DNA of 64,000 nucleotides, taken from positions 64,001-128,000 of IMG/VR virus record IMGVR_UViG_3300032224_001591; one strand, written 5' to 3'. Numbering within the stretch: the first letter of the stretch is position 1; each line of letters opens with the position of its first letter. The position numbers were made by a program, and so were the translations under genes. The notes beneath the pieces are model-generated. The model ran no database searches, was not told where the DNA came from, and was given only the letters and a program-made list of their open reading frames with translations. This document shows, in pieces, positions 35,977 to 45,256 of the stretch. Source of the stretch: a virus.

Positions 35977-37689
35977 ATGGACAATAACTTAATATCAGAT
36001 TATACACAGTGGGAAGCAGGTAAAGATTATCCCGAATTTTTCGACGAAATCTCTCTTGCTACAATATCAAAAGGTTATCTTTTACCTGGTGAAACGCCTA
36101 AAAAAGCATATAAAAGAGTTGCGGCGGCTGTAGCACAACGTATTAACCGCCCTGACTTAGAAAGTAAATTTTTTAAATACATTTGGAATGGATGGATTGG
36201 ACTTGCAAGCCCTGTTCTCTCAAACACGGGAACTGACAGGGGATTGCCAATCAGCTGCTTTGGGATCGATACTCCGGATTCAATCAGAGGCATTGGCCTT
36301 ACAAACGCTGAACTTATGCGACTCACAAGCCTTGGAGGCGGTGTCGGGATCTCATTGTCAAGAATTAGACCTAGAGGAAAAGAAATTACCGGAAACGGAA
36401 AATCAGAAGGAGTAGTACCTTGGGCTAAAATTTATGATTCTTCAATTATTGCTACAAATCAAGGTAGTGTAAGAAGAGGAGCAGCATCAGTAAACTTAAA
36501 TATCGAACACCCTGATATTAAGGAATTTTTAAATATTCGTAGACCTAAAGGTGACCCAAATCGCCAATGTTTAAACTTACATCAGTGTGTTGTGATAAAT
36601 GATAGTTTTATGCGTAGAATTGAAAACCGCGACCCTGAAGCAATTTCATTGTGGTTAGAGGTATTAAAAACACGTATGGAAACTGGTGAACCTTACGTTA
36701 TGTGGGAAGATAATGTTAATAAAGATAATCCTATTGCTTATGCAATGAATAATCTTAAAGTATCAATGACAAACATTTGTACTGAAATTACATTATTCAC
36801 AGATGAAGAACATAGCTTTATTTGTTGTTTATCTTCACTTAACTTAGCAAAATATAATGAATGGAAAGATACGGATTGTGTTGAAACAGCAATTTACTTC
36901 TTAGATGGTGTAATGGAAGAATTTATCCAAAAAACCAATGGTAAAGAAAGTATGCGTCGTACACATAATCACGCTAGAAAAGGTAGAGCATTAGGTTTAG
37001 GTGTAATGGGATGGCATACATTCTTACAAGCACAAAACTTACCATTCAATTCAGTTGCATCAACAGCTTGGACACATAAAATATTTAGTGATATTAAGAC
37101 TAAAGCAGAAGCGGCGTCAATGAAATTAGCACAAGAATATGGTGAACCGCAATGGTGTAAAGGTACTGGTATGAGAAATACTCACTTGTTAGCTATCGCA
37201 CCTACCGTGTCAAATTCGGTTATAACGGGCGGAATAAGCGCAGGCATCGAACCTTTACCCGCTAACATATACACGTTTAATGGAGCGAAGGGTACGTTCA
37301 TTAGAAAAAATAAATCATTAGAAGCTTTATTGGAATCTAAAGGACATAACACTGAAGATGTTTGGGATAGAATATTAGGAGATGGTGGTTCAGTACAAAA
37401 TCTATCAGATGATATTTTAACACCAACTGAAAAAGAAATATACTTAACATTCAGCGAAGTTAACCAATTAGAATTAGTTCGTCAAGCAGCAATTCGCCAA
37501 AAATATATTGACCAAACACAGTCATTAAATTTAAGCTTTGACCCTACAGATTCACCAAAATGGATTAATCAAGTACATATGGAAGCGTATAAATTAGGTA
37601 TTAAAACGCTTTATTATTTACGTACCGATTCAGTCATAAAAGGTGATTTAGGTTCTCGCACAGCTGATTGTATCGCCTGTGAGGGGTAA
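35977..37689 (+). CDS. nrdA: Ribonucleotide reductase class I alpha subunit (compact, no ATP cone)
   Basis: ASPVLSN, PISCF, RRGA, TNICTEI, CCLSSLNL, AIAPT, KTLYY, C-terminal CIACEG. Confidence 0.92.
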   Translation: MDNNLISDYTQWEAGKDYPEFFDEISLATISKGYLLPGETPKKAYKRVAAAVAQRINRPDLESKFFKYIWNGWIGLASPVLSNTGTDRGLPISCFGIDTPDSIRGIGLTNAELMRLTSLGGGVGISLSRIRPRGKEITGNGKSEGVVPWAKIYDSSIIATNQGSVRRGAASVNLNIEHPDIKEFLNIRRPKGDPNRQCLNLHQCVVINDSFMRRIENRDPEAISLWLEVLKTRMETGEPYVMWEDNVNKDNPIAYAMNNLKVSMTNICTEITLFTDEEHSFICCLSSLNLAKYNEWKDTDCVETAIYFLDGVMEEFIQKTNGKESMRRTHNHARKGRALGLGVMGWHTFLQAQNLPFNSVASTAWTHKIFSDIKTKAEAASMKLAQEYGEPQWCKGTGMRNTHLLAIAPTVSNSVITGGISAGIEPLPANIYTFNGAKGTFIRKNKSLEALLESKGHNTEDVWDRILGDGGSVQNLSDDILTPTEKEIYLTFSEVNQLELVRQAAIRQKYIDQTQSLNLSFDPTDSPKWINQVHMEAYKLGIKTLYYLRTDSVIKGDLGSRTADCIACEG

Positions 37690-37710
37690 TGGACTTTTAT
37701 ATAATTTGAT

Positions 37711-37732
37711 AGGGGGTCTTTTGACCCCCTTT
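37711..37732 (+). terminator. Rho-independent terminator
   Basis: AGGGGGTC-TTTT-GACCCCCT followed by TT. Confidence 0.75.
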
Positions 37733-37794
37733 CATATTTATGTATAACAAGTTGTCTTAAATAGTTCTATAAACCCTTAAATTATTTAAACAAC

Positions 37795-38901
37795 ATGAAA
37801 AAACTTCTTTTAGCACTATTGTGCTTGATCCCTGCGGTAACATTCGCGCAAACGGGTCCCGCTGCTCCCGGAGCAGGTAATTACCTATTAATTGACACCA
37901 CTTACACCGTAGGTACGTCAGTAGCAAACCAAACCAAAGCAAAAATCACGTACAAAAACTCAACAGGTACGAAAGTAACCGGGGTTCAGTTCCGTGTATT
38001 CTATGATAAGGTTGCGTTTAAAACACCATCAGTAGCATTAGTTACAGCAAATTCAGATTTGAACTTGCAATATGTAAATGATACTACAAATGGTAATATC
38101 ACTATTACATTAGTGTACATTGGTAGTTCTTCTACTTATACACTACCAAATGCTGAAACGTTTGAAATTACGTTCAACCACGCTCCAGCAGCAACATTCC
38201 AGTATTTAACAGCAATTGATTCGATGAAGTTTACAGGTGCTTTATCTTATAGTCAATTAGCATCTAAACAATCAGGTATGGATACTACCTTAAGCTTATA
38301 TAGCTATGGTGGTTATTTTTACAGACCTAGATTTACTTACACAGCTACATTTACAAACGTAACTGGTACTCCATCTAAAAACATCACTGTATCATTAGAG
38401 AAAAAACCTAAAACAAGTGGTGCTTGGACTATCGTTACAACTAAATCAACTGGATTAACGGGTACTGTATCTTATGATGAATTCATTGATACTACTTATT
38501 GGGCAGTTAGATTAGAAGTTAAAGGCGATACAATATCAACGGGTAATATAGTTTCAGTAGCAGATGCTCAAAAAGTAAACCAATTCGTATTAGGCACAGC
38601 AACACCAGCAGGATTTGATTTTTATTCATCTGATGTAAATGGTGATAATCAAATCTCAATCTCAGATGCTTATGTAATATTTGGTAGAATTGCAGGTAGA
38701 TTTAATACTTGGGTTAACAACGTTAAAGATATTAAATTCTTTACAGCAACCGAATACAATACAATTAACACATCAACAACTAACTTAACAGCAACTACAC
38801 CAGGAGTAACCAATTTCACATACAATATCGTAGCAGGCCAACCAAACTCAGTAACATATTACGTGTTAGGTATGGGTGATGCTAATGGAACGGGTATATG
38901 A
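37795..38901 (+). CDS. Secreted protein, N-terminal part: signal peptide, cohesin-like domain, dockerin/EF-hand-like domain
   Basis: MKKLLLALLCLIPAVTFA|Q; GVQFRVFYD; DVNGDNQISISDA. Ends at an in-frame TGA directly before the next ATG. Confidence 0.7.
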   Translation: MKKLLLALLCLIPAVTFAQTGPAAPGAGNYLLIDTTYTVGTSVANQTKAKITYKNSTGTKVTGVQFRVFYDKVAFKTPSVALVTANSDLNLQYVNDTTNGNITITLVYIGSSSTYTLPNAETFEITFNHAPAATFQYLTAIDSMKFTGALSYSQLASKQSGMDTTLSLYSYGGYFYRPRFTYTATFTNVTGTPSKNITVSLEKKPKTSGAWTIVTTKSTGLTGTVSYDEFIDTTYWAVRLEVKGDTISTGNIVSVADAQKVNQFVLGTATPAGFDFYSSDVNGDNQISISDAYVIFGRIAGRFNTWVNNVKDIKFFTATEYNTINTSTTNLTATTPGVTNFTYNIVAGQPNSVTYYVLGMGDANGTGI

Positions 38902-39687
38902 ATGGCAAGACTGACGCCTATAAAAATTACTAACCCAAACAATAGTGACTATATTATAGACGAAACAGTCGAATACTTGGCTAACTTGAATACGATTGAA
39001 GTTAGATTGCCATCTTTATCAGTTGATGAAGGTAATTTAGTAAACATACCTATAAAGGTTTTTACTAATGGTGAAAGATTAGGAGCATTACAGCTTGCGA
39101 TGAAATTTGATACAACATTATTAGCATTTAAAGGTGTAATAGCTGAAGAAAAAGTTGGTAATTGGATGTCATTTGTGAATCCAAATAGCGGAGTGATTGA
39201 GTGGGGTGGATATGATGTTACTAATAACGAACACTTATTAAATAATGAAGAACAAGTTTTAACGCTTCAATTTCAAGCATTAAAACCTAAAGCAAATTGG
39301 AATACATCACCGTTGTATGTTACTCGCAAATTTGCGGGTAACAGTACAGCGACTGACTTAAACATAACCCCAACTGATGGTAGAGTTGAGATTAAAAGAA
39401 TTAAAAATCCAAACGCGATTCAAGACGATGCTGTAGCAACTATACAAGTAAGTCCAAATCCAACAACAGGAGAAATAACAGTTCAATTCTCAGTACCTAA
39501 AGACGGACAAACAATGGTTGCACTATATGACCAAAATGGAAGAAAAATATATACAGTTGTCGAGGGAAACATGCCTAAGGGTATTTATACGTATAAAGCA
39601 AACATTAGTGATTTTAAAGCAGGTATGTACGTAGCTAATTTAAGTACTAGTGAATATAAAACATATAGTAAATTAATATTAAATTAA
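38902..39687 (+). CDS. Cohesin-like domain plus type IX secretion (Por) C-terminal sorting domain; probable C-terminal part of the previous gene
   Basis: GALQLAMKFDTTLL; VSPNPTTGEITV...LYDQNGRKI...AGMYV...SKLILN. No signal peptide. Confidence 0.75.
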   Translation: MARLTPIKITNPNNSDYIIDETVEYLANLNTIEVRLPSLSVDEGNLVNIPIKVFTNGERLGALQLAMKFDTTLLAFKGVIAEEKVGNWMSFVNPNSGVIEWGGYDVTNNEHLLNNEEQVLTLQFQALKPKANWNTSPLYVTRKFAGNSTATDLNITPTDGRVEIKRIKNPNAIQDDAVATIQVSPNPTTGEITVQFSVPKDGQTMVALYDQNGRKIYTVVEGNMPKGIYTYKANISDFKAGMYVANLSTSEYKTYSKLILN

Positions 39688-39688
39688 A

Positions 39689-39817
39689 ATGAAAAAATTA
39701 TTAATATTTATAGTTATAACAATGTTAAGTTCTTGCGTTGTTATGGTAAAACCAAAATACGGATGTAAAGGTAATTATTTCCACCATCCAATCCATAAAA
39801 TAAAACACCATTTTTAA
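39689..39817 (+). CDS. Small predicted lipoprotein (42 aa, His-rich tail); not in the ORF track
   Basis: MKKLLIFIVITMLSSC|VVMVKPKYGCKGNYFHHPIHKIKHHF; lipobox LSSC; fills the gap between flanking ORFs. Confidence 0.6.
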   Translation: MKKLLIFIVITMLSSCVVMVKPKYGCKGNYFHHPIHKIKHHF

Positions 39818-40168
39818 ATGAAAAATCCATTTAATAAATTACTAGGACAACCAGATCCAGTACAAGTAGAAGATAAAAATCGCTTCTATTACATGTTGCA
39901 ACAAATGCAAGTTAATCGTTGGAAAATTACAGGTATTGTATTATTCCTATTTTTCTTTATCATATTCGGTATTAATATGGCCGTTATGTTTAAATTAGAA
40001 ATAGCTGAAAATTGGAAAGAAATGTTACTTATATTATTAGGTGCATTCGTAGGTAACTTAAATAAAGTAGTAGACTACTGGTTTAACTCTGAAGACAGAG
40101 ATAAAATGCTAATTCAGAAAGTAGACGAAGAAGACGGAGTATCATTATCAAACACTTTAAATCCATAA
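39818..40168 (+). CDS. Two-TM membrane protein
   Basis: Two hydrophobic segments; VVDYWFNS. Confidence 0.65.
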   Translation: MKNPFNKLLGQPDPVQVEDKNRFYYMLQQMQVNRWKITGIVLFLFFFIIFGINMAVMFKLEIAENWKEMLLILLGAFVGNLNKVVDYWFNSEDRDKMLIQKVDEEDGVSLSNTLNP

Positions 40169-40172
40169 TAAA

Positions 40173-40505
40173 ATGTCAGAAGAACAAAATGTAGAGACTA
40201 ACGACGGAACTTGGTCAGGTCTTAAAAAAACAATCGTTGGTGCAATTTCAACAGCAGTATTAGCAGGTGGTACTTGGGTTACTACAACATTATTTGGTGG
40301 TGGTCACGATAAAGAAGAGACTAAAACTGAACAACCCGCAGCCGCTCCTGTTATTAATGTTAATTTAGAAAATAACAATACTAACCAACAAAAACAATCA
40401 GGTGGAACTACTACAATTATTAAAGAAAAAACTGTAGAAAAAGCAGCTCCAGCTAAAGAAGAAAAACCAGCTAAAAAATCTGAAACAGAAGACGCTCCAT
40501 GGTAA
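40173..40505 (+). CDS. Single-TM protein with low-complexity tail
   Basis: KKTIVGAISTAVLAGGTWVTT; PVINVNLENNN. Confidence 0.6.
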   Translation: MSEEQNVETNDGTWSGLKKTIVGAISTAVLAGGTWVTTTLFGGGHDKEETKTEQPAAAPVINVNLENNNTNQQKQSGGTTTIIKEKTVEKAAPAKEEKPAKKSETEDAPW

Positions 40506-41206
40506 GATTATTAATCATATTATTGTTTTTACCTTTGTTTTCTTGTGCTCAAATTGGTAGCATAAAAACAGAAAAATTTAAAGCTAAATTTGAAACCGGG
40601 ATCTCTATAGACTCGGTTTCAAACTATACTGATACTATCAAAGTACCAATTCAATTATTAAAAATTGGATTTACTGAAGAATTATATGAAATGTATCCTG
40701 AATTAAAGGATAAACGTGTTGGTTTAGGTGTAACAAATATTGTTATTGAATACCTTGAAATGACTAATCGTTTTGAATTTACAGAAGATAAATTGGAAAT
40801 TAAAGAAAGAATGATTAACCAATTTAAAGCATCTGCTAAAGGATTTACTGAAAACAAATTAGATGGTAAAGGTAAAATTAAACTAGCTAAATATTTCGTT
40901 TATATTGAAGTATATGACTTCAGTGTTTCCGAAGACGAAGTTGTAAAAGTAAAAGGTAAAGCAACAGCAACACAAACTACTCGTTTAGGTTTACAAGTTA
41001 AATTTGTAGATGCTGAATCAGGAACTATTATTACAGGTAGTGATATGGGTGAAGCATCAACTGTAAAAACATCTTCAATCTTAAGCGATGTAGATGAAAT
41101 TAAATTTAACCAATCTACAATTGGTATTACAACTAAAAAAGCACTTGAATCAGCTAGTGCTAATGTTATTGTAAAATTAATTAAAAAAGGAGTATTTAAG
41201 TCATAA
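40499..41206 (+). CDS. CsgG/HfaB-like outer-membrane secretion protein
   Basis: Signal peptide; LGVTNIVIEYL...NRFEFTE; AKYFVYIEVYDF; LQVKFVDAESGTIITGS. Confidence 0.6.
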   Translation: MVRLLIILLFLPLFSCAQIGSIKTEKFKAKFETGISIDSVSNYTDTIKVPIQLLKIGFTEELYEMYPELKDKRVGLGVTNIVIEYLEMTNRFEFTEDKLEIKERMINQFKASAKGFTENKLDGKGKIKLAKYFVYIEVYDFSVSEDEVVKVKGKATATQTTRLGLQVKFVDAESGTIITGSDMGEASTVKTSSILSDVDEIKFNQSTIGITTKKALESASANVIVKLIKKGVFKS

Positions 41207-41526
41207 TGAAAACAAAATTATTTGTACTAGCACTTATTTTAATAGTTGTAACAAACGCTTATTTTAAATATACTGAGCGTAAGGAAATAATTAAACAAAA
41301 TGAAGAATTAGTTCAAACCATAAATGCTGTAGAAAAAACAGTTAAAGATTATAAAAAAATAGTTACTGAAGTAGAAAATGATCCTTGCTTAACAGAAGGA
41401 GCAGCTGCCGCTATTATAGATAGTGCAATTACTGGAAGTGATAGTTATACTGAAACAGGTTACCAAGATCCCTCAATGGTTGTAATAGATTCAGTATTGG
41501 CTATAACTTCAAAAGTAAACAAATAA
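41206..41526 (+). CDS. Membrane-anchored coiled-coil protein
   Basis: N-terminal TM/signal segment followed by a short coiled coil. Confidence 0.55.
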   Translation: MKTKLFVLALILIVVTNAYFKYTERKEIIKQNEELVQTINAVEKTVKDYKKIVTEVENDPCLTEGAAAAIIDSAITGSDSYTETGYQDPSMVVIDSVLAITSKVNK

Positions 41527-42767
41527 TGAAATATTTACTAACCATATTGTTAGTAATAGTTGGATTGGTTAGCTACGGCCAATCCTTCAACTATGCTTAC
41601 TTCGATCCGTGTGACGGTAATTTAAAAACAGTAGCTGTTCCTTTAGGACAAAATCAAATAGCAGTTACTTACTTTAATCAAGTAAAATCATTTGACTTAA
41701 TAGATTTAACAAATGGTGTATTTGATACTTGGGTAAAAAATACTTATAACACTTATAGAACAACTTCACCTTGTGCTGGTGTAGGTATTACAAATGTAAT
41801 AACACAATCTCAAGGTACAACTGTTACTTTAACAGGTATAATAAATACAGTTGCTAATCTATCATTTCCTAGCCCTAACGCTCCTGATCCTAACGAACCA
41901 CCAGCAACACCTGATATAGATGTAAGTAGTGATGTTGGAGGTGGAGAAGGAACTGGAGGTGATATAGGTGGAGGTGGAGACGCAGCAGGCGGAGGATCAG
42001 ATGTAATGAGTGGAACAAGCAATAGTATTAAATCATCAGACGGAGGAGGAGATAGCGGAGGAGGAAGTGGAGGTTCATCTGGTGGTGGGAGTAAAAGTGG
42101 AGGTGGTAGTAATAAATCATCTTCAAACCAAAAACAAAATGTTTTAAAACCAACAGTAATTGGCTCAAGTGATTTAGTGGCTTATAGTTCAGCTGATAAA
42201 ACTAGAGGTGGTAAAATATCAGGTGGTTATACTTCAACTAGATGGGATGGATTAAGAACAAGTGGTTGTTTATTTGATTATTCAACTCAAATACAAGGAC
42301 CTAACATTACTGGTTTTTATGGTTGGATAGGTAAGAAACGAACTACATTATTATCAAACACAGTATCAATTGGATTTGAAGGTAAAGGTTCACTTTACAA
42401 TTCAGTTGCGTTTGGTCAAGTAGTTAACTGGGCTGGTATTAAATTAGTTTATATGGCTTCGGCTTCATATGGACATATTTATAAACAGCAACTAATTGGT
42501 ACTTCAGCGATTGTAGGTGCAATGTATGATTTTAAAATAGCAAAAGTTATAGGTGTTAAGTTAACTAGTTTATTAGTTTATTCTCCTTACATGCAATACT
42601 ATAACGATTTACTTTTAAAATCACCATTAGTAGTATTACCATCAATAGGTACTAATGTTAGTTTAACTAAAAACTTTAAAATTAATTTGAATTTAGGAGG
42701 TGCTTATCAAGTAGGTACTGGTGCTCTAAATTATTCATTTATTATAGGTTCTAGAATAGCATTATAA
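41526..42767 (+). CDS. Secreted protein with Gly/Ser linker and probable C-terminal outer-membrane beta-barrel
   Basis: Signal peptide ...SYG|Q; GGGSGGSSGGG linker; amphipathic strands ending YSFIIGSRIAL. Confidence 0.55.
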   Translation: MKYLLTILLVIVGLVSYGQSFNYAYFDPCDGNLKTVAVPLGQNQIAVTYFNQVKSFDLIDLTNGVFDTWVKNTYNTYRTTSPCAGVGITNVITQSQGTTVTLTGIINTVANLSFPSPNAPDPNEPPATPDIDVSSDVGGGEGTGGDIGGGGDAAGGGSDVMSGTSNSIKSSDGGGDSGGGSGGSSGGGSKSGGGSNKSSSNQKQNVLKPTVIGSSDLVAYSSADKTRGGKISGGYTSTRWDGLRTSGCLFDYSTQIQGPNITGFYGWIGKKRTTLLSNTVSIGFEGKGSLYNSVAFGQVVNWAGIKLVYMASASYGHIYKQQLIGTSAIVGAMYDFKIAKVIGVKLTSLLVYSPYMQYYNDLLLKSPLVVLPSIGTNVSLTKNFKINLNLGGAYQVGTGALNYSFIIGSRIAL

Positions 42768-43924
42768 TGAAACATTTATTAACTATATTATTCGTTTTAT
42801 TATCATTTGTAGGTTACAGTCAATTTACTTACAGTGGTTATATTTATAATTCAGATGGATCAGGAGCAAATAATGTGCCTGTTAAAGTATATAAACGTAC
42901 AACCACAACTACATCTACAGGTACTACATCAGTAAGAATATTTAGAACACACGCTGGTAATGGTAGTACAAATCAATATGCTCAGTGGCCACTGAGTAGA
43001 GTAGAAATGGATAAATGTTTTAATACCGCTTATACAAATACTACTTTATGGTGGAGTGGCAGTTTAGCAGCTACAGCATCTTTAAATTTTAACGCTTATA
43101 CAACATTAACATCAGCTGGAGCATCAGTACCAGGTGGTGGGGATTATTATGCTACTGAAGTTACATTTGTAATTTATCCTAAAGAAACAGGAACATATAC
43201 TTTTGGATTAACATCAGACGATGGTGGTGATTTATGGTTAGTTGGATATGGAAATGTAATTGAATGGTATGGAGGTAAAGGTACAGGTCAATATGTTTAT
43301 GGTAGTGTTAGTTTAACAGCAGGAACCGCTTATACATTTATAGCTAGAATGCAAGAATATGCTGGGGGTGATGGTTTATTAGTTTATTGGAAACGTCCTT
43401 CACAAGTGAGTTATTCATTACAAACAGACGAAATAGGACAATCATCAACTTCAACTACAGCTTGGGCTTTAGATGCTACTGCTTATACAAATTCGTCAGG
43501 ATTATATTCAATATCAAGACCAACAGGTACAGGTGTTGAATGGTATTTACAATATGATGCTCCAACACCCGTTACAGCGCTCACAAATACTGATATAACA
43601 GCAGTAAGTAATATAGTTAATACTAAAACAGCATTTAATGGTATTTACTATTACATGTATGATGTAAATGGAGATAACAAAGTAACAATATCAGACGCCT
43701 ATTATATTAGTGGTAGAAAATGGAATATATTTACTGATTGGATTAGTTCATTTAAATCAAGATACTTTACTCCAGCGCAATATAATGCTATTAAAGCAAC
43801 AACATCAAATCTAAAAACAACATATCCAGGTGTAAGTTCAATTACAACAAATAGCCCTACATCAGGCGGCACAGCAAACTATTATTTAATCGCACCTGGT
43901 TATTCAGGAGCAGTAAGTTACTAA
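42767..43924 (+). CDS. Secreted PA14-domain protein with dockerin-like C-terminal domain
   Basis: Signal ...GYS|Q; PKETGTYTFGLTSDDGGDL...EYAGGDGL.VYWKRP (PA14); DVNGDNKVTISDA. Confidence 0.75.
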   Translation: MKHLLTILFVLLSFVGYSQFTYSGYIYNSDGSGANNVPVKVYKRTTTTTSTGTTSVRIFRTHAGNGSTNQYAQWPLSRVEMDKCFNTAYTNTTLWWSGSLAATASLNFNAYTTLTSAGASVPGGGDYYATEVTFVIYPKETGTYTFGLTSDDGGDLWLVGYGNVIEWYGGKGTGQYVYGSVSLTAGTAYTFIARMQEYAGGDGLLVYWKRPSQVSYSLQTDEIGQSSTSTTAWALDATAYTNSSGLYSISRPTGTGVEWYLQYDAPTPVTALTNTDITAVSNIVNTKTAFNGIYYYMYDVNGDNKVTISDAYYISGRKWNIFTDWISSFKSRYFTPAQYNAIKATTSNLKTTYPGVSSITTNSPTSGGTANYYLIAPGYSGAVSY

Positions 43925-43926
43925 TT

Positions 43927-44376
43927 ATGAAAAAACTATTATTTTTATTGTTATTATTACCTACAATGTCTTTTGCACAAAACTGTATTAAAATTGATTC
44001 GGTATGGTGTAATAAAAAAGTTAAACAAATAAGCACAAGAAACGTATTATTTGGTATAAAACAAGTAGCCGAAGAAATATTATCTGAAAAATACAATTTA
44101 TGCGACTCTAATGCTACTTCAGTTAAAATTGAAGTAACTCGTATAGGAATGCCATCAAGTACATTTAAAATAGGTGGTGTAGGAGAAGCAACACAAATTA
44201 CACAAGTCTATATTAAACTTTATTTTGGAGACAAAATCATAGATGGTATGGGTGAGTCCGAGACCCGCGCAGGATTCGTCCTTATTGAACTAACAGACGG
44301 CAAAGTACCATTTAATAATACAACTATAGGAACGGCTATAAAAAAGGCGATATTAAACGCTTCTGAAAAACTTTAA
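43927..44376 (+). CDS. Secreted protein, possibly a CsgG/TolB-N-like fold
   Basis: Signal ...SFA|Q; the C-terminal G.GES...FNNTTIGTAIKKAI echoes GSDMGEAS...FNQSTIGITTKKAL of ORF 40499. Confidence 0.5.
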   Translation: MKKLLFLLLLLPTMSFAQNCIKIDSVWCNKKVKQISTRNVLFGIKQVAEEILSEKYNLCDSNATSVKIEVTRIGMPSSTFKIGGVGEATQITQVYIKLYFGDKIIDGMGESETRAGFVLIELTDGKVPFNNTTIGTAIKKAILNASEKL

Positions 44377-44405
44377 TATTTATAATTAACCAAAAACTAA
44401 CGAAC

Positions 44406-44654
44406 ATGAATTTTAAACAATGGATCATTGATCTTTTTAAAGATGAAAGAGGATCAACATCAGTAAAACCAGTAGTAGCCATGATGGGTACTTTATTTTT
44501 ATGTGTTACAATGACTTTAAACAGTTATTCACATGCAGATTTCGCTCCATCTCCAGATTTAGTACAAGCAGTATTAGTAATTACAGCAATTGGAATGGGG
44601 GCGGACTCTATTGACAAATTTACACATAAAAAAGAAAATAAAACAGAAGAATAA
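44406..44654 (+). CDS. Putative holin
   Basis: 82 aa, two TM segments, charged C-terminus, coupled to the endolysin gene. Confidence 0.6.
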   Translation: MNFKQWIIDLFKDERGSTSVKPVVAMMGTLFLCVTMTLNSYSHADFAPSPDLVQAVLVITAIGMGADSIDKFTHKKENKTEE

Positions 44655-45253
44655 TGGACTTACAAAAATTAAAAGGACACGTTCCGGATGCAGTTATTGA
44701 AATGTTACCGGACACAATGGCAAAATTTGAATTAAACACTCCATTACGTTTAGCACATTTTCTAGCTCAAGCTGGTCACGAAAGTGGTGGTTTTAAAGCT
44801 GTAAATGAAAATTTAAACTATGGTGCTAAAGGTTTACGTGGTATTTTTGGAAAATATTTCCCAACAGATGCTAAAGCATTAGAATATGAGCGCAAACCTG
44901 AAAAAATTGCTAACCTAGTTTATGGTAGCCGTATGGGTAATGGTGCAGAAGCAACAGGTGAAGGATACAAATTCAGAGGCCGTGGTTATATTCAATTAAC
45001 TGGTAAAGATAATTACGTTGCTTTCGGTAAAGCTATTAACGAAGACTTAACAGCAAATCCTGATTTAGTAGCAACTAAATATCCATTAGCATCAGCTGCA
45101 TGGTTTTTTCACAAAAATGGTTTACATAAAATAGCTGACGAAGGTGCTAACGAAGCAACAGTTACTAAAGTTACGAAACGCGTTAATGGTGGAACAATCG
45201 GTTTAGCTGATCGTTTAAAACACTTTAACGAATATTATAAATTATTAGCATAA
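44654..45253 (+). CDS. GH19 (chitinase-like) endolysin
   Basis: AHFLAQAGHESGGF, ENLNY, FRGRGYIQLTG..NY, VTKRVNGGTIGLADR. Confidence 0.92.
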   Translation: MDLQKLKGHVPDAVIEMLPDTMAKFELNTPLRLAHFLAQAGHESGGFKAVNENLNYGAKGLRGIFGKYFPTDAKALEYERKPEKIANLVYGSRMGNGAEATGEGYKFRGRGYIQLTGKDNYVAFGKAINEDLTANPDLVATKYPLASAAWFFHKNGLHKIADEGANEATVTKVTKRVNGGTIGLADRLKHFNEYYKLLA

Positions 45254-45256
45254 AAC

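Noticed and set aside
36188-36415. Alternative ORFs and a locally higher-GC patch inside nrdA
   Set aside because: The ORFs overlap conserved NrdA motifs. The patch may be a recombined segment, but I cannot support that without homologues.
38899-38901. Genome-wide TGA or TAG reassignment
   Set aside because: TGA ends genes normally at 16901 and in ATGA overlaps (53327, 62477, 63119). TAG ends conserved genes such as groEL and queE at the expected positions, and long genes are intact in code 11.
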